Notes: a model not told the origin generated them from the letters alone. Positions 12,252 to 22,053 are shown, counted from the first letter of the stretch. The stretch: DNA of 64,000 nt from Thermoanaerobaculia bacterium (GCA_038229875.1 JBBROA010000002.1:1713-65712); one strand, 5' to 3'. Program-made: numbers and translations.

Positions 12252-13328
12252 CTACGGGCGCTTGTTGCGGTCGCGGCGCAGGTAGCGGTAGTCGGGGACC
12301 TGATACTCCTTCAGCTTCGCGATCAGCGAGCCGCGCGAGATGTTCAGGACTTCCGCGCCGCGGCTCTGATTTCCCTGTACGCGGCGCATCGCGCGGTCGA
12401 TGACCTCGCGCTCGACGGTCTCGACGATCTTCTTCAGGTCGTCGGTCTGCCGCAGGACGGCGTCGATCTCATCCTCGTTCGGAGGCTCGACGACGACAGG
12501 CGAGGGCACCTCGGCGGGCCCTCGCTCGGAGCGGCGGACCGCGATTCCCGCCAGCTGGGCGGCCTCTTCGAGGAAAAGGATGGTCCTTGCGGGAAGCCTT
12601 GGGCTCTCGCGGACCAGGATCGCGAAGGCGCCGTCCGAAGCCGCGTTCTCGACAACCAGAGTGAGCACTCCGGCGACGCTTTCGGAGCGAACCACACGCT
12701 CGCCCCCGCGGACCTCCTCGAGAAGGCTCGGAGGAAGCGCCGGCTGGTCGACGAACGTCGAAGCGAGAAACCGGAACCCGTTTGCCGCCGTCACGTGGCC
12801 GACCGCCCACTCGCGCGGGGCGAATTCCTGATCCAGAAAATCCGTGAGAGCGATCGCGACTTCCTCCGGGCTGTCGTGCTGCCGGCACAGGCGGTAGGCG
12901 GAAAGCCGCAGGGCGCGATATTCGACTTCCGTCGCTGGCGCGGCAGACGCCTCAGGGGAGGACGATGACACGTCGTTGATGGGAATCTCGTGGACCGGCG
13001 CGGGCCGCCCGGGGTTGCTGCCGACCTGGACAACCGTGATGGTCGCCTCTCCGATCGTGATGCGATCGCCCGCCGCGATCGGCCCGCCCGAAAATTCGCG
13101 GCCGTTCACGGTGATGGCGTCGACGCCTTTATAGAGGTCGAGCTGGTAGCGGCCGTCCTTCTCGACGAAACGGATGTGGCGGCCAGCAACCCCACGCGCT
13201 CGAACGACGACTTCGTTGCCGGAAGAAGCGCCGACGGTGATCGCCGTGCCGAGCACGCGGTGCAATTCCGCCCCTCCCGCTCGTTTGCGGACTTCCAAGT
13301 TCAGCATTTTTGTCTTCTTGTCCGTCAA
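12252..13328 (-). CDS. FHA-domain transcriptional regulator with C-terminal Fis-type HTH
   Basis: The N-terminus ITVGASSGNEVVVRARGVAGRHIRFVEKDGRYQL is an FHA domain. The C-terminus RGAEVLNISRGSLIAKLKEYQV is a Fis-family HTH. The middle looks GAF-like. Confidence 0.72.
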   Translation of the reverse strand: MTDKKTKMLNLEVRKRAGGAELHRVLGTAITVGASSGNEVVVRARGVAGRHIRFVEKDGRYQLDLYKGVDAITVNGREFSGGPIAAGDRITIGEATITVVQVGSNPGRPAPVHEIPINDVSSSSPEASAAPATEVEYRALRLSAYRLCRQHDSPEEVAIALTDFLDQEFAPREWAVGHVTAANGFRFLASTFVDQPALPPSLLEEVRGGERVVRSESVAGVLTLVVENAASDGAFAILVRESPRLPARTILFLEEAAQLAGIAVRRSERGPAEVPSPVVVEPPNEDEIDAVLRQTDDLKKIVETVEREVIDRAMRRVQGNQSRGAEVLNISRGSLIAKLKEYQVPDYRYLRRDRNKRP

Positions 13329-13496
13329 TAACGTATATCAAACATGCCGGGATCTGAACAAAAATATGCACGCCACCGTACCAACCTCCAAAAAACCCTC
13401 CGGCGGGTCGGACGCACCGGATCTGGTATCCCCGCCCGCAATGGCCACAATAAGTTGTGGAACACTCCGGGGGCTTTTGCTAGATTCGTGAACACG

Positions 13497-16400
13497 ATGT
13501 TCAAACTCGAGCGGGTGCAGATCTCGGGCTTCAAGTCCTTCTACGAGAAGGTCGACCTCGCATTTCCGGGCAGCGTCACGGCGGTCGTGGGCCCGAACGG
13601 GTGTGGCAAATCGAACATCAGTGACGCGGTCTCGTGGGCGCTCGGCGAACAGAGCGCCAAGACGCTGCGTGGCGAGCGCATGGACGACGTCATCTTCAAC
13701 GGATCCGCCAGGCGGCGCCCGCTCGGAATGTGCGAGGTCATCCTGACGCTCTCGACCCGCGCCCGGGTGAGCGCGCGTCAGGACGGGAAGAGCAACGGCG
13801 ACGGGGACGGGGCGGACGGCGGCGGCGAAAACGGCCACGGCGCCGGGAACGGTAACGGGAACGGGGGAAGCGAGACCGACGGCGACCTGCTGCGGATCGG
13901 GCGTCGGGTGTACCGCGAAGGGACCGGCGAATACTTCTTAAACGACAAGCAGGTCCGGTTGAAGGACATCCAGGACAAGCTGCTCGGCACCGGTCTCGGC
14001 GTGCGCGCGTATTCGGTGATCGAGCAGGGACGGATCGATCAGGTGCTCTCGACCAAGCCGCAGGACCGGCGCCGGCTCATCGAAGAGGCGTCCGGCATCA
14101 CGCGATACAAGCTCAAGAAGCGGCTCGCGGAAGGCAAGCTCGAAGAGACGCGCGGCAACCTTCTGAGGATCTCGGACATCGTGTCGGAGATCGAGAAGAA
14201 CGTGGCGTCCTTGAAGCGGCAGGCGTCTCGCGCCGCGAAGTACCGCGAACAATCCGACGCGCTTCGCGGGAAAAAAGCGGCGCTCGCGAGAACGCGGCAC
14301 GACGTGCTCCAGGCGGCGGTCGCCGAAGCGGAGCGGACGCGGGACGCGCGGCGCGACGTCGAAGCCGCCGCCGCCGCCGCGCTCGGTCGCGCGGAGTCGG
14401 AGCTCGCGGCGGCGCGGCTCGCGGCGGCGGACCTCCAGGCCGAACGCGACCGTCTCCGGGACGCGGTCGCCGCGCTCGAAAACGCGATCCAGCGCGATGA
14501 CGCGCTGCTCGAGGGCAACCGTCGCGCCGCGGCGGATCTCGCCGACCGCCGCGCCTCGCTCGAGCGAGAAGGCCGCGATGTCGCCGCCGAGCACACCAGG
14601 TCCGCCGCGGAGCTCACGGAGCTGGAGGAGCGGCTCGAGCGCGCGGTGGCCGAGGCCCGCTCCCGCTCCCTGGCCCGCGAAGACGCGGACAGCCGGGCCG
14701 CAGCGGGCGCCTCCGCTTTCTCGGAGCTCGAGCGCGAGCTCGACCGGGCACGGGAGGACGCGCTTCTCGCCGCCGGCGAAAGAGTCACCGCCCGCAACGC
14801 GCGCCACGAGGTGGACCTCGAAGCCTCTCGCGCCACCGCTTCGCTGGCCCGGCTCGAGGAAGCGCACGCGCGGGCGGTCTCGGAGCTCGCGCTGCGGGAA
14901 AAGGAAGTCGAGGCCGCTCTCGAAGAGGAGCGGCGCCTGACCCGGGAGGCGGCGGACGCGCGGGCTGAGACCGAGGCCTGGGAGGCGGAGCTGTCCCGCC
15001 TCGCCGGCGCGCTGGCCGAATCCGAGGTCGCGCGAGAGACGGCGCGCGAGGGCCTCTCGATCTCGGAGCACCGCCTGGGAGCGTTGAACGAGATCTGGAA
15101 GAGCCGGCAGGGCAACCTCCACGCGGTCCGGGGCGCGCTGGCCACCGCCGGTATCGCGGAAGCGGGAGCGCTGGCCGACCGGCTGATGCCGGCCGTCGGA
15201 TGGGAGGAAGCGGTCGACCTTCTTCTGGGGGAAGACCTCGAAGCGATCGTGTGCGGCGGAGACCCCGAGGCCGCGGTCGAAGCCTCCCGGGGGCTCGCCT
15301 CCGCGACCTTCGTGCGAAGCGGTTGGACGGACGAGCGCGGCGCCTCGCGGGTCGCGGGAACCGAGGGTGGCTGGGAGATTGCACTTCAGAACTTCAACAG
15401 CCTCTCTCCCGCCGAGCGCGCGGCGCTCCCGCCCGTTGCCCTCGTTTCAACTTTCGCCGCCGCCCTCGAGCTCTCGGGCATCCACCCGGAGACGACGTTC
15501 GTGACGCGCCGGCGCGAGCTCGTCCGGGGCTCCCTGGTTCGCGTCGTCCACACGCCTCCCGAGGCGTCCGGCCTGTTCGCCCTCCGCCGCGACATCGACC
15601 GCCTCGGGCTCGAAACCGCCCGGGCCCGCGAAAGCGTCGCCGCGCTCGACCGGTCGATCGAAGACCTTCGCCGCGCGCGGCACGAATGCGAGGCGGCCAT
15701 GCCGGCCCGACGTGACCGGGAGCGTGAGGCCAGCGGCCGGCTTTCCGGGTTCGTGGCGCGTTTCGAAGAGCGGCGCGCCGAACGGGACCGACTGGCGCGA
15801 GAGCGAGAGACGCTCGAAACGGAGGCCGTCGCTCTCCGCCAGGAATCCGAACGCCTGGCGGGCGCCCGCTCCGCGCTCGAGGCCGACGAACGGGCTCACG
15901 GCACCCGGGAGGCGTCGATCCGCGAGCGCGCGGAAAAGCTCGCCAGCGCGCTGCCCGAGGCGCGCTCCTTTGCCGCCGCGGCGGCCGACGAGCTCGCCCA
16001 CCGGCGAACGGAGGCGGAGGTCGCGGCCGAAAGAAGGCGTTCGCTCGAAACCGCGCGCGAGAAGCTCGTCGAAGCTCGGGGCATCCTGGAGCGGCGGATG
16101 GGAGACGCATTCGAAGAGGGGCGGCGGCTCACGGAACGCGCGGAGGAGCTCGCGCGCGAGGAGTCGGAAGCCCGAGCGCGGCAAGCGGAGAACATCAGAG
16201 CGCGGGAGACCGCGTCGGAAGAGCTCGAGGCCGCGTCCGCGACAGCGACGGAAGCGGGAACCAGCGTGCTTACCGCCGAGGACGGCACGAAGGTCGAGCG
16301 CGCCACGCTCGACGCGGCCCGCGAAGCGCGATTCGAAGCGGAGGTCGGCGAGACACGGATTCGATCCGACTTCGACCACGCGACAGCTCAGGCACAGGAC

Positions 16401-17102
16401 GAATTCGGTGTGCCGCCGGCCTCCCTGGATGCTCCGGAAGATCGCTCTCCCGAGGCGCTCACGGCCCTCGAGGAAGAGGTCGCGACGCTCGCGGCGTCCA
16501 TCGAGAGACTCGGACCCGTCAACCTCCTCGCGCTCGAGGAGCATCGCGAAAGCTCGGAGCGGCTCCTCTTTCTGACCGCGCAGCGCGACGACCTGTTGAA
16601 ATCGGTGGCCGAGCTCCAGGATTCGATTCGCAAGATCAACGCGACGTCCTCGGAACGCTTCCGGCAGGCGTTCGAGGCGGTCAATGAGAACTTCAAGGCG
16701 ATGTTCTCGCGTCTCTTTCAGGGAGGCGCGGCCGAGATGCGCCTTCTGGACGACAACGACCTTCTCGAGTCCGGGGTCGAGATCATCGCGCAGCCGCCCG
16801 GAAAGCGAAACCAGTCGATTCAGCTTCTTTCCGGAGGCGAAAAGGCGCTGACCGCGATCGCCCTGCTGATGGCGATCTTCCGCTACAAACCTTCCCCGTT
16901 CTGCATCCTCGACGAGGTCGACGCTCCCCTCGACGAGGCAAACATCGACCGCTTCACGAAGCTCCTCCGCGACATGACCGACGACACGCAGTTCATCGCG
17001 ATCACCCATAACAAACGGACGATGGAAACCGCGGACGTCATGTACGGGGTCACGATGGAGGAGCCCGGCTGCTCGAAGATCGTCTCGGTTCGGTTCGACT
17101 GA
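13497..17102 (+). CDS. smc: chromosome segregation protein SMC
   Basis: MFKLERVQISGFKSFYEKVDLAFPGSVTAVVGPNGCGKSNISDA (Walker A); long coiled coils; a C-terminal LSGGEKALTAIALLMAIF...ILDEVDAPLDEAN signature/Walker B. Confidence 0.92.
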   Translation: MFKLERVQISGFKSFYEKVDLAFPGSVTAVVGPNGCGKSNISDAVSWALGEQSAKTLRGERMDDVIFNGSARRRPLGMCEVILTLSTRARVSARQDGKSNGDGDGADGGGENGHGAGNGNGNGGSETDGDLLRIGRRVYREGTGEYFLNDKQVRLKDIQDKLLGTGLGVRAYSVIEQGRIDQVLSTKPQDRRRLIEEASGITRYKLKKRLAEGKLEETRGNLLRISDIVSEIEKNVASLKRQASRAAKYREQSDALRGKKAALARTRHDVLQAAVAEAERTRDARRDVEAAAAAALGRAESELAAARLAAADLQAERDRLRDAVAALENAIQRDDALLEGNRRAAADLADRRASLEREGRDVAAEHTRSAAELTELEERLERAVAEARSRSLAREDADSRAAAGASAFSELERELDRAREDALLAAGERVTARNARHEVDLEASRATASLARLEEAHARAVSELALREKEVEAALEEERRLTREAADARAETEAWEAELSRLAGALAESEVARETAREGLSISEHRLGALNEIWKSRQGNLHAVRGALATAGIAEAGALADRLMPAVGWEEAVDLLLGEDLEAIVCGGDPEAAVEASRGLASATFVRSGWTDERGASRVAGTEGGWEIALQNFNSLSPAERAALPPVALVSTFAAALELSGIHPETTFVTRRRELVRGSLVRVVHTPPEASGLFALRRDIDRLGLETARARESVAALDRSIEDLRRARHECEAAMPARRDREREASGRLSGFVARFEERRAERDRLARERETLETEAVALRQESERLAGARSALEADERAHGTREASIRERAEKLASALPEARSFAAAAADELAHRRTEAEVAAERRRSLETAREKLVEARGILERRMGDAFEEGRRLTERAEELAREESEARARQAENIRARETASEELEAASATATEAGTSVLTAEDGTKVERATLDAAREARFEAEVGETRIRSDFDHATAQAQDEFGVPPASLDAPEDRSPEALTALEEEVATLAASIERLGPVNLLALEEHRESSERLLFLTAQRDDLLKSVAELQDSIRKINATSSERFRQAFEAVNENFKAMFSRLFQGGAAEMRLLDDNDLLESGVEIIAQPPGKRNQSIQLLSGGEKALTAIALLMAIFRYKPSPFCILDEVDAPLDEANIDRFTKLLRDMTDDTQFIAITHNKRTMETADVMYGVTMEEPGCSKIVSVRFD

Positions 17103-17174
17103 CGGCGCGGACGAGCCCGGTTCCGAGTCCCGCCGGGGCGAAGAGAGAGGCTCCTCCGGGCGCCCTTTCCGGCC

Positions 17175-17203
17175 GCTGACAAGCGCAACCGTCCCTGCTA
17201 AGA
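17175..17203 (+). promoter_or_regulatory. putative sigma70 promoter for tRNA-Thr (CTGACA - 17 nt - TAAGAT)
   Basis: The -35-like CTGACA and the -10-like TAAGAT are spaced 17 nt apart. The -10 ends about 20 nt before the mature tRNA 5' end. Confidence 0.4.
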
Positions 17204-17222
17204 TCCGCCGTCCGGTCATCCC

Positions 17223-17298
17223 GCCGACGTAGCTCAGTTGGTAGAGCAGCGGTTTCGTAAACCGCAGGTCCCCGGTTCAAATCCGGGCGTCGGCTCCA
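17223..17298 (+). tRNA. tRNA-Thr (anticodon CGU)
   Basis: The read is GCCGACGTAGCTCAGTTGGTAGAGCAGCGGTTTCGTAAACCGCAGGTCCCCGGTTCAAATCCGGGCGTCGGCTCCA. The 7-bp acceptor stem GCCGACG/CGTCGGC closes it. The D-loop reads AGCTCAGTTGGTAGAGC. The anticodon loop reads TTCGTAA. The T-loop reads GGTTCAAATCC. CCA is encoded. Confidence 0.9.
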
Positions 17299-17407
17299 TC
17301 ACCCGCTTCGGGCGTCGCGGTCCGCGTCGCGACGGCCGGTTCCCCCCGGAATCGTCCCGGCCTCACAATGCGGTGAGACGCCATTGCATCCGCGACGAAG
17401 GAGATCC

Positions 17408-17704
17408 ATGCGGATCGCTTTTCATGCCTTGCGGGCCGGCAGCCGGTTCGGCCGCCTCTTCACCGCCGTGGCGCTCTCTCTGGCGCTCCTGACCGTGCCC
17501 GCGTGCCACGGATCTGGCACCCCGCGACCGAAACCGTCAACGCTCTCGCCCGCGCGGCGAGGAATCCACACCTACCACTTGCGGCTCGGCGTTCGGGTTT
17601 CCCGAGCGGCAGTCAGAGATCCAATCACTAGTTCCAAACGAAGGACATTGACGTTCTTCGAGGGCTTTCCGGTCACCCTTCGGAAGCCCGAACCCGACTG
17701 CTAG
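17408..17704 (+). CDS. possible small secreted protein or lipoprotein (98 aa)
   Basis: AAGGAG Shine-Dalgarno 5 nt before the ATG. MRIAFHALRAGSRFGRLFTAVALSLALLTVPAC is a signal peptide with a Cys at a lipobox-like position. Confidence 0.3.
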   Translation: MRIAFHALRAGSRFGRLFTAVALSLALLTVPACHGSGTPRPKPSTLSPARRGIHTYHLRLGVRVSRAAVRDPITSSKRRTLTFFEGFPVTLRKPEPDC

Positions 17705-17976
17705 CCCCCGGCTGCGGCGGAGTCGGCGGAACGAGGCTAACCTGCTACGGCGGCCCGGAGGGAGTCTGTAGAAGTCGAAAAGAGATTCTCCGCGCGTATC
17801 TGGAGAAGCTCGCCGTGCGCGGTAAGGCTAAGGCCGCTAAGTACTCGACCATTCTTAGTATCAGGGTTTTCGCATCACGCGACCGTAAACCCTGACGAGG
17901 ACAATAAAGATCGTCAAGACGGCCAAGATTAATAAGACTTCAGGTAACCCGATCCGTCCAAACATAAGCGTCCCCC

Positions 17977-20340
17977 TTACCGTCCGCCGGGAGTAACGAA
18001 GCCCGGCCGGTCCTGTTGCCATGCGAGGCTGACGCCAGTCGTCATCGGAACGCCAATGATTCCGATCATGTCTTTGACATCTTTGTAAGGGTCGTAGCGG
18101 TTAGCGGCATCTCCGCCCGGTGAAAGCGCTAGGACCACGTACGATCCGGGAGAGAGCAAGTCACAGGCATGTACCTCGGAATTCATGTCAGGCTGCATTA
18201 ACGATTCGATTGACAGCCCGTTAGCAGCCGCGGCCTGCCGAAGCACGGAAATGGGTATTTCCATCCCGTTCCTGACGAAAAGCAGAATAGCGTCTCGACG
18301 TGGAACCCCGAGCTTCCCGAGCACCTTGAGGCCCGGACCTGAAACAAATGGCGACAAAGTTAAAGTTAACGTGTTTGTCTTCTCATCCGCAGACGGATCG
18401 GCGCTGGCGGGTAAGAGGGCGGTTTGAACGGTGAATCCAGGGGCGAATACGTAAACGGGGAGCATTTCCCCCGCCAGCTCCTCGAGGACAAGCTCACCTT
18501 GCCCGTCCGTAACACCGAGCGAGCGCAGCGGAGCCAGGCGAGGCGCCATGCGACGCGGATGGACCGGCACCATTACTTGCGCATTAGGAATGCCTTCGCC
18601 CCTGAGATCTCGAACGGCGACTCTGAACGGGGCCGCCTTGTCCAAATCGATCTCAAGGTTCCGAGTCTCCGTGCCAAGAGCGTCGACAAGGAGTTGTTTT
18701 CGCGAGTGGCCCTCGGCTCTTCCGGCGATCGTCAAGGTCCCGTCCTCGAGATCTCCGAAGGACGCTTTCCCGAACTCATCGGTGGGTTTCGTTTCCGAGC
18801 GGTGCTCTCCCGCCAGGCTTTCAAAGCTGGCATCCAAGAGCCCCGGAATGGGGCGGCCCGATGAGCGGTCTCGGAGGGTTACTGCGACAGTTCCACCCCT
18901 GAAAACGATATCGAAAAGCGTCTCGGGTTCCTTCGCCTCAACGCTACCCCCTCGGCGCGTTCCGTCCGGAAGCGACGCCGAAACGTAGACATGACATGCG
19001 CACCCTACAGTCAACGCGTAGCTACCATCTGCGCTCGAGATCGTTTCGCCTAACGTCGTACTCTCTTGACCCATGATTCTGGCGAACGGGATGATTCTGA
19101 TCGCGGCGTCAGCTGCGGGTTGGTCCCCGCGAAGTACCCGCCCTCTGACCACTCTCGAAGCAAACACCACTGTGAGACTTGGGTTCTCGGCTGTCGCGAC
19201 GTCCACGTCTTTTTCGCCGTAAGCCCACAAGCCGGCGGCTTTTCCCTCAGCCCTGTAATGCCCCGACTCGGAGATGGGTATCTCGACACTGTTCCCTTGG
19301 GCGAGATCACCTCGCCAGACGATTGTTTCGGAGCCCCTCCTGGTTACTTCCAACGCGTTGGCTGACGTAACGTTCTCTGTGATCTTCTTGAGGACGACAT
19401 TCACGTCGCCAGCAAGGGGCGAATCTGATTTCGCGCTCACCACCAATTTTGGAAGTGTTCTGAGTGCGATGTCAAAAAATCGGTCCCCCTGTGCCCTCGA
19501 AATCTCCCTGGCATTGACCTCCGCCGGACGATAACCTGCCACTCGGACATTCCAGGAATGAGGCACTTCGGGGAGACGATCTACGACAACATTTCCCGAA
19601 GCGTCTGGACGGAGTGTCCGAGATTCTAACCAGAGCGCGACCAGCCGCCCAGAAGCGGTTGATCCGGCAGAAACCCAGTTCACAGTGATTCTTGTCACAT
19701 CGCCGGGAGGTGGTCGAAGACGGATCGTTTCAGCGTGACCCCGTTGAGAGATCGGCGACGCAAGGCTCCTCGCTTCGCCCGGAAGTAGGGCAAGATCGGG
19801 GATGATGGCGGGGGCGGACTCGCCATCATCGAACAAAACGTCCCACCGGTCGGGTGGAAGAACGAACGCGACTACGCTTGGCGATGGCGATGACGTATCG
19901 GCTCGCATCTCCCGGCGCCCGTCCTGAGAACGTGCCACCAAAAGAGGGGGATTCGTCGCCCGAACCGGTCTTGGCAGCCTGATTTGCAGTGTAGCGAGCG
20001 CGTTGAATGTTACGGGCTGTCGCCATTGAGCCCGGGGTAGAGTGACGACATCAAACCCGGGCGCGGTGAGCGTCAGCTCGGTCATTGACTCTTCAACCGG
20101 CAGGACTATCGTATCGGCGTGCGGCGTCAGGATCTGGTCAAATGTGCGAATCCCCTTCACGCCGGCGCCGACTACACGGATCGACTTGGAAGCGGATCGG
20201 CCTACCCATCGGAGCGAGAGTCTGATCTGGCGGATCGATGCCTTTTCCGAGCCCGCCTGACTCGGGTTCGGTGGCGAAACGGGCTGGGAGGAAGTGATAG
20301 CCGCGAAAAAAAAGATGGTGGCAGCGCCGAGGTATCCCAT
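17977..20340 (-). CDS. large secreted protein with multiple carboxypeptidase-regulatory-like (CarbopepD_reg) Ig-like domains
   Basis: GGAGGA Shine-Dalgarno. Signal peptide MGYLGAATIFFFAAITSS. Repeated RGRVLRGDQPAADAAIRIIP...SADGSYAL modules. TAA stop. Local GC is about 55-58% against roughly 69% background. Confidence 0.7.
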   Translation of the reverse strand: MGYLGAATIFFFAAITSSQPVSPPNPSQAGSEKASIRQIRLSLRWVGRSASKSIRVVGAGVKGIRTFDQILTPHADTIVLPVEESMTELTLTAPGFDVVTLPRAQWRQPVTFNALATLQIRLPRPVRATNPPLLVARSQDGRREMRADTSSPSPSVVAFVLPPDRWDVLFDDGESAPAIIPDLALLPGEARSLASPISQRGHAETIRLRPPPGDVTRITVNWVSAGSTASGRLVALWLESRTLRPDASGNVVVDRLPEVPHSWNVRVAGYRPAEVNAREISRAQGDRFFDIALRTLPKLVVSAKSDSPLAGDVNVVLKKITENVTSANALEVTRRGSETIVWRGDLAQGNSVEIPISESGHYRAEGKAAGLWAYGEKDVDVATAENPSLTVVFASRVVRGRVLRGDQPAADAAIRIIPFARIMGQESTTLGETISSADGSYALTVGCACHVYVSASLPDGTRRGGSVEAKEPETLFDIVFRGGTVAVTLRDRSSGRPIPGLLDASFESLAGEHRSETKPTDEFGKASFGDLEDGTLTIAGRAEGHSRKQLLVDALGTETRNLEIDLDKAAPFRVAVRDLRGEGIPNAQVMVPVHPRRMAPRLAPLRSLGVTDGQGELVLEELAGEMLPVYVFAPGFTVQTALLPASADPSADEKTNTLTLTLSPFVSGPGLKVLGKLGVPRRDAILLFVRNGMEIPISVLRQAAAANGLSIESLMQPDMNSEVHACDLLSPGSYVVLALSPGGDAANRYDPYKDVKDMIGIIGVPMTTGVSLAWQQDRPGFVTPGGR

Positions 20341-20398
20341 TTGTCCTCCTCAACCCGTCGCCAGAATGTCGAATACAGTCGAACCTGAACGCTGACTG

Positions 20399-20767
20399 TT
20401 AATAGAGAGGCGATCGCATCAGGCATCCACCGTAAAGATCGGTCCACCAGCAGTCCAATCCAGGGCCGTATAAGGGATCACGATCCGGTCGGTTGTCAGC
20501 CGGGCCGTAATATTCGCACCTGTTCCCATTGGAGTTGCACTGGGGCCAAGGCGACATGAAGGTGTAGCAGTGATCGGTTCCCGGCGGGTCTCCATATGTG
20601 ACCGTGGCGCAAAACCCAGTTTGGAGCGTCTGGGTTCCGAGCTGTATCTCGTTGCAGGCTTCGCAAGCCGTTGCCTGCGTTGGATATAGCATCAACAAGA
20701 GCAGAGCTCCACTCAGAACGAGAAGACTTCGAGGGACCTTTCCCCCGCCCGGTCGGTAAGGACGCAT
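20399..20767 (-). CDS. small cysteine-rich secreted protein (8 Cys, about 90-aa mature peptide)
   Basis: AGGAGG Shine-Dalgarno 6 nt before the ATG. MRPYRPGGGKVPRSLLVLSGALLLLMLYPTQATA is the signal peptide. The mature part is ACEAC...GFC...DHC...PQC...NRC...LDC...GGC. It is co-directional with, and 58 bp upstream of, the large CarbopepD protein. Confidence 0.6.
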   Translation of the reverse strand: MRPYRPGGGKVPRSLLVLSGALLLLMLYPTQATACEACNEIQLGTQTLQTGFCATVTYGDPPGTDHCYTFMSPWPQCNSNGNRCEYYGPADNRPDRDPLYGPGLDCWWTDLYGGCLMRSPLY

Positions 20768-21268
20768 ACGCCCCCTCCTAATAGATCTGCGACACCAAAA
20801 GGATGCCGGATCTGACACCTTCTTGTCGCGAGGATCCAGAGACCGTAAGGCACCCCCCAATTGACGGTTGCGCAGAGGCCGTTCACACGAGAGTCGTCGT
20901 CTTGACCCGAACGCGACTGCAGTCGCCCCCTCGTCCTTCGTTGCCTACGGAGAACCAAAAGGACTCCCCCAACGTCCCCACAGTGGCACCGGGCGGCTAC
21001 GCCTCCGGGCGTCCCCCAACCCCGGGGCACTCCCCCCAGACTGCCGGACACGAGAACGAAGGCTGGTGGGCACACACCGAGCAGGGTTTACGCCGCGACA
21101 AACCCCCTCCGCGAGCTTTTTCCCCTGCTGAAGCTCTGGTGGTGTACGCTATCGTACATTAAAGCCGCCGCTGGCCTCTCCCGCATCGTTTCCACCCTCT
21201 CCGAGCGGCTCCTGGAAGGTCCGCCTGTCCGCGATTTTGAGGCATCCGCGCCCTGGCCGCGGAGAAGT

Positions 21269-22009
21269 GTGCCGACGGAACGGCGGATCGCGAGGGCGCC
21301 TTACGCGTCCGATTCGGGCCCGGAAAGAAGGCGGATACCCGGCGCGGCGACCGACGCGCGCGCTCTCGTCGTCGAGGACGACCCGGACCTGAACGAAGCG
21401 ATCTGTTTCCTGCTGGCGAGCGACGGATTCCAACCTGTCGGGGTCTTCAACGGCGCCGAAGCGCTGGCGGTCCTGGCGGATAAGACCGCCCCGCTCCCGT
21501 CCGTGATCCTCGCCGACCTCGCGATGCCGGTCATGAATGGATGGGAGCTCCGCGCGCGGCTCGAAGCGGACACTCGCGTCTCCCGGATTCCCCTGCTGGT
21601 CCTCTCGACGTTCGTCGATGACAACGTCGAAGTCTCCGGTGAACGCCCTGAAATGCAGCTGTCGAAACCCTTCGGCGCTGAAATGCTTCTGCTCTGCGTC
21701 AATCGTCTCGTGGGACCGCGGGTCGGCGTGGGACGCGCGCGCGTCTTCGAGAATCTCGTCTGCCGCCTTTCTAAAGATCAGAGCGCGGTCTCATTCCTTC
21801 TCGATGAAGACGACAAGCTACCCCTCTTTTCTCTGCCCGTCCGCCGATTCTCGATTCGCATCCTGCGCGAGATTGCATCGGGGTTGGTGCGTGGCAGCGT
21901 CGGGGCTCCCGAGCTCGGGGGGACGCGCCGGCTGCTTCTCTCCCGTACCTGGGGCGGCGCGGAGATCTTGAGCCGCTTCGAAGAGATTCGCGTCGACGGC
22001 GATCCCTGA
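21269..22009 (+). CDS. response-regulator receiver-domain protein with an uncharacterised C-terminal extension
   Basis: ALVVEDDPDLNEAICFLLASDGF...ILADLAMPVMNGWEL...LLVLS...KP is a receiver domain. GTG start. I see no recognisable output domain. Confidence 0.65.
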   Translation: MPTERRIARAPYASDSGPERRRIPGAATDARALVVEDDPDLNEAICFLLASDGFQPVGVFNGAEALAVLADKTAPLPSVILADLAMPVMNGWELRARLEADTRVSRIPLLVLSTFVDDNVEVSGERPEMQLSKPFGAEMLLLCVNRLVGPRVGVGRARVFENLVCRLSKDQSAVSFLLDEDDKLPLFSLPVRRFSIRILREIASGLVRGSVGAPELGGTRRLLLSRTWGGAEILSRFEEIRVDGDP

Positions 22010-22053
22010 CAGGTCGACCGGGACGCCGCGATCGAGCGGCGAATCTCTCGCGG

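Noticed and set aside
13938-17219. Long minus-strand ORFs (13938..15122, 14039..15145, 15447..17219) and Arg-rich plus-strand ORFs within smc
   Set aside because: Antisense or alternate frames of smc with low-complexity Arg/Ala-rich translations.
17300-21260. Integrase or attL/attR search around the tRNA-Thr island
   Set aside because: No tyrosine-recombinase-like ORF was found. The only weak tRNA 3'-end match is CGGCTCC near 21210. It is too short to call, so island mobility is not claimed.
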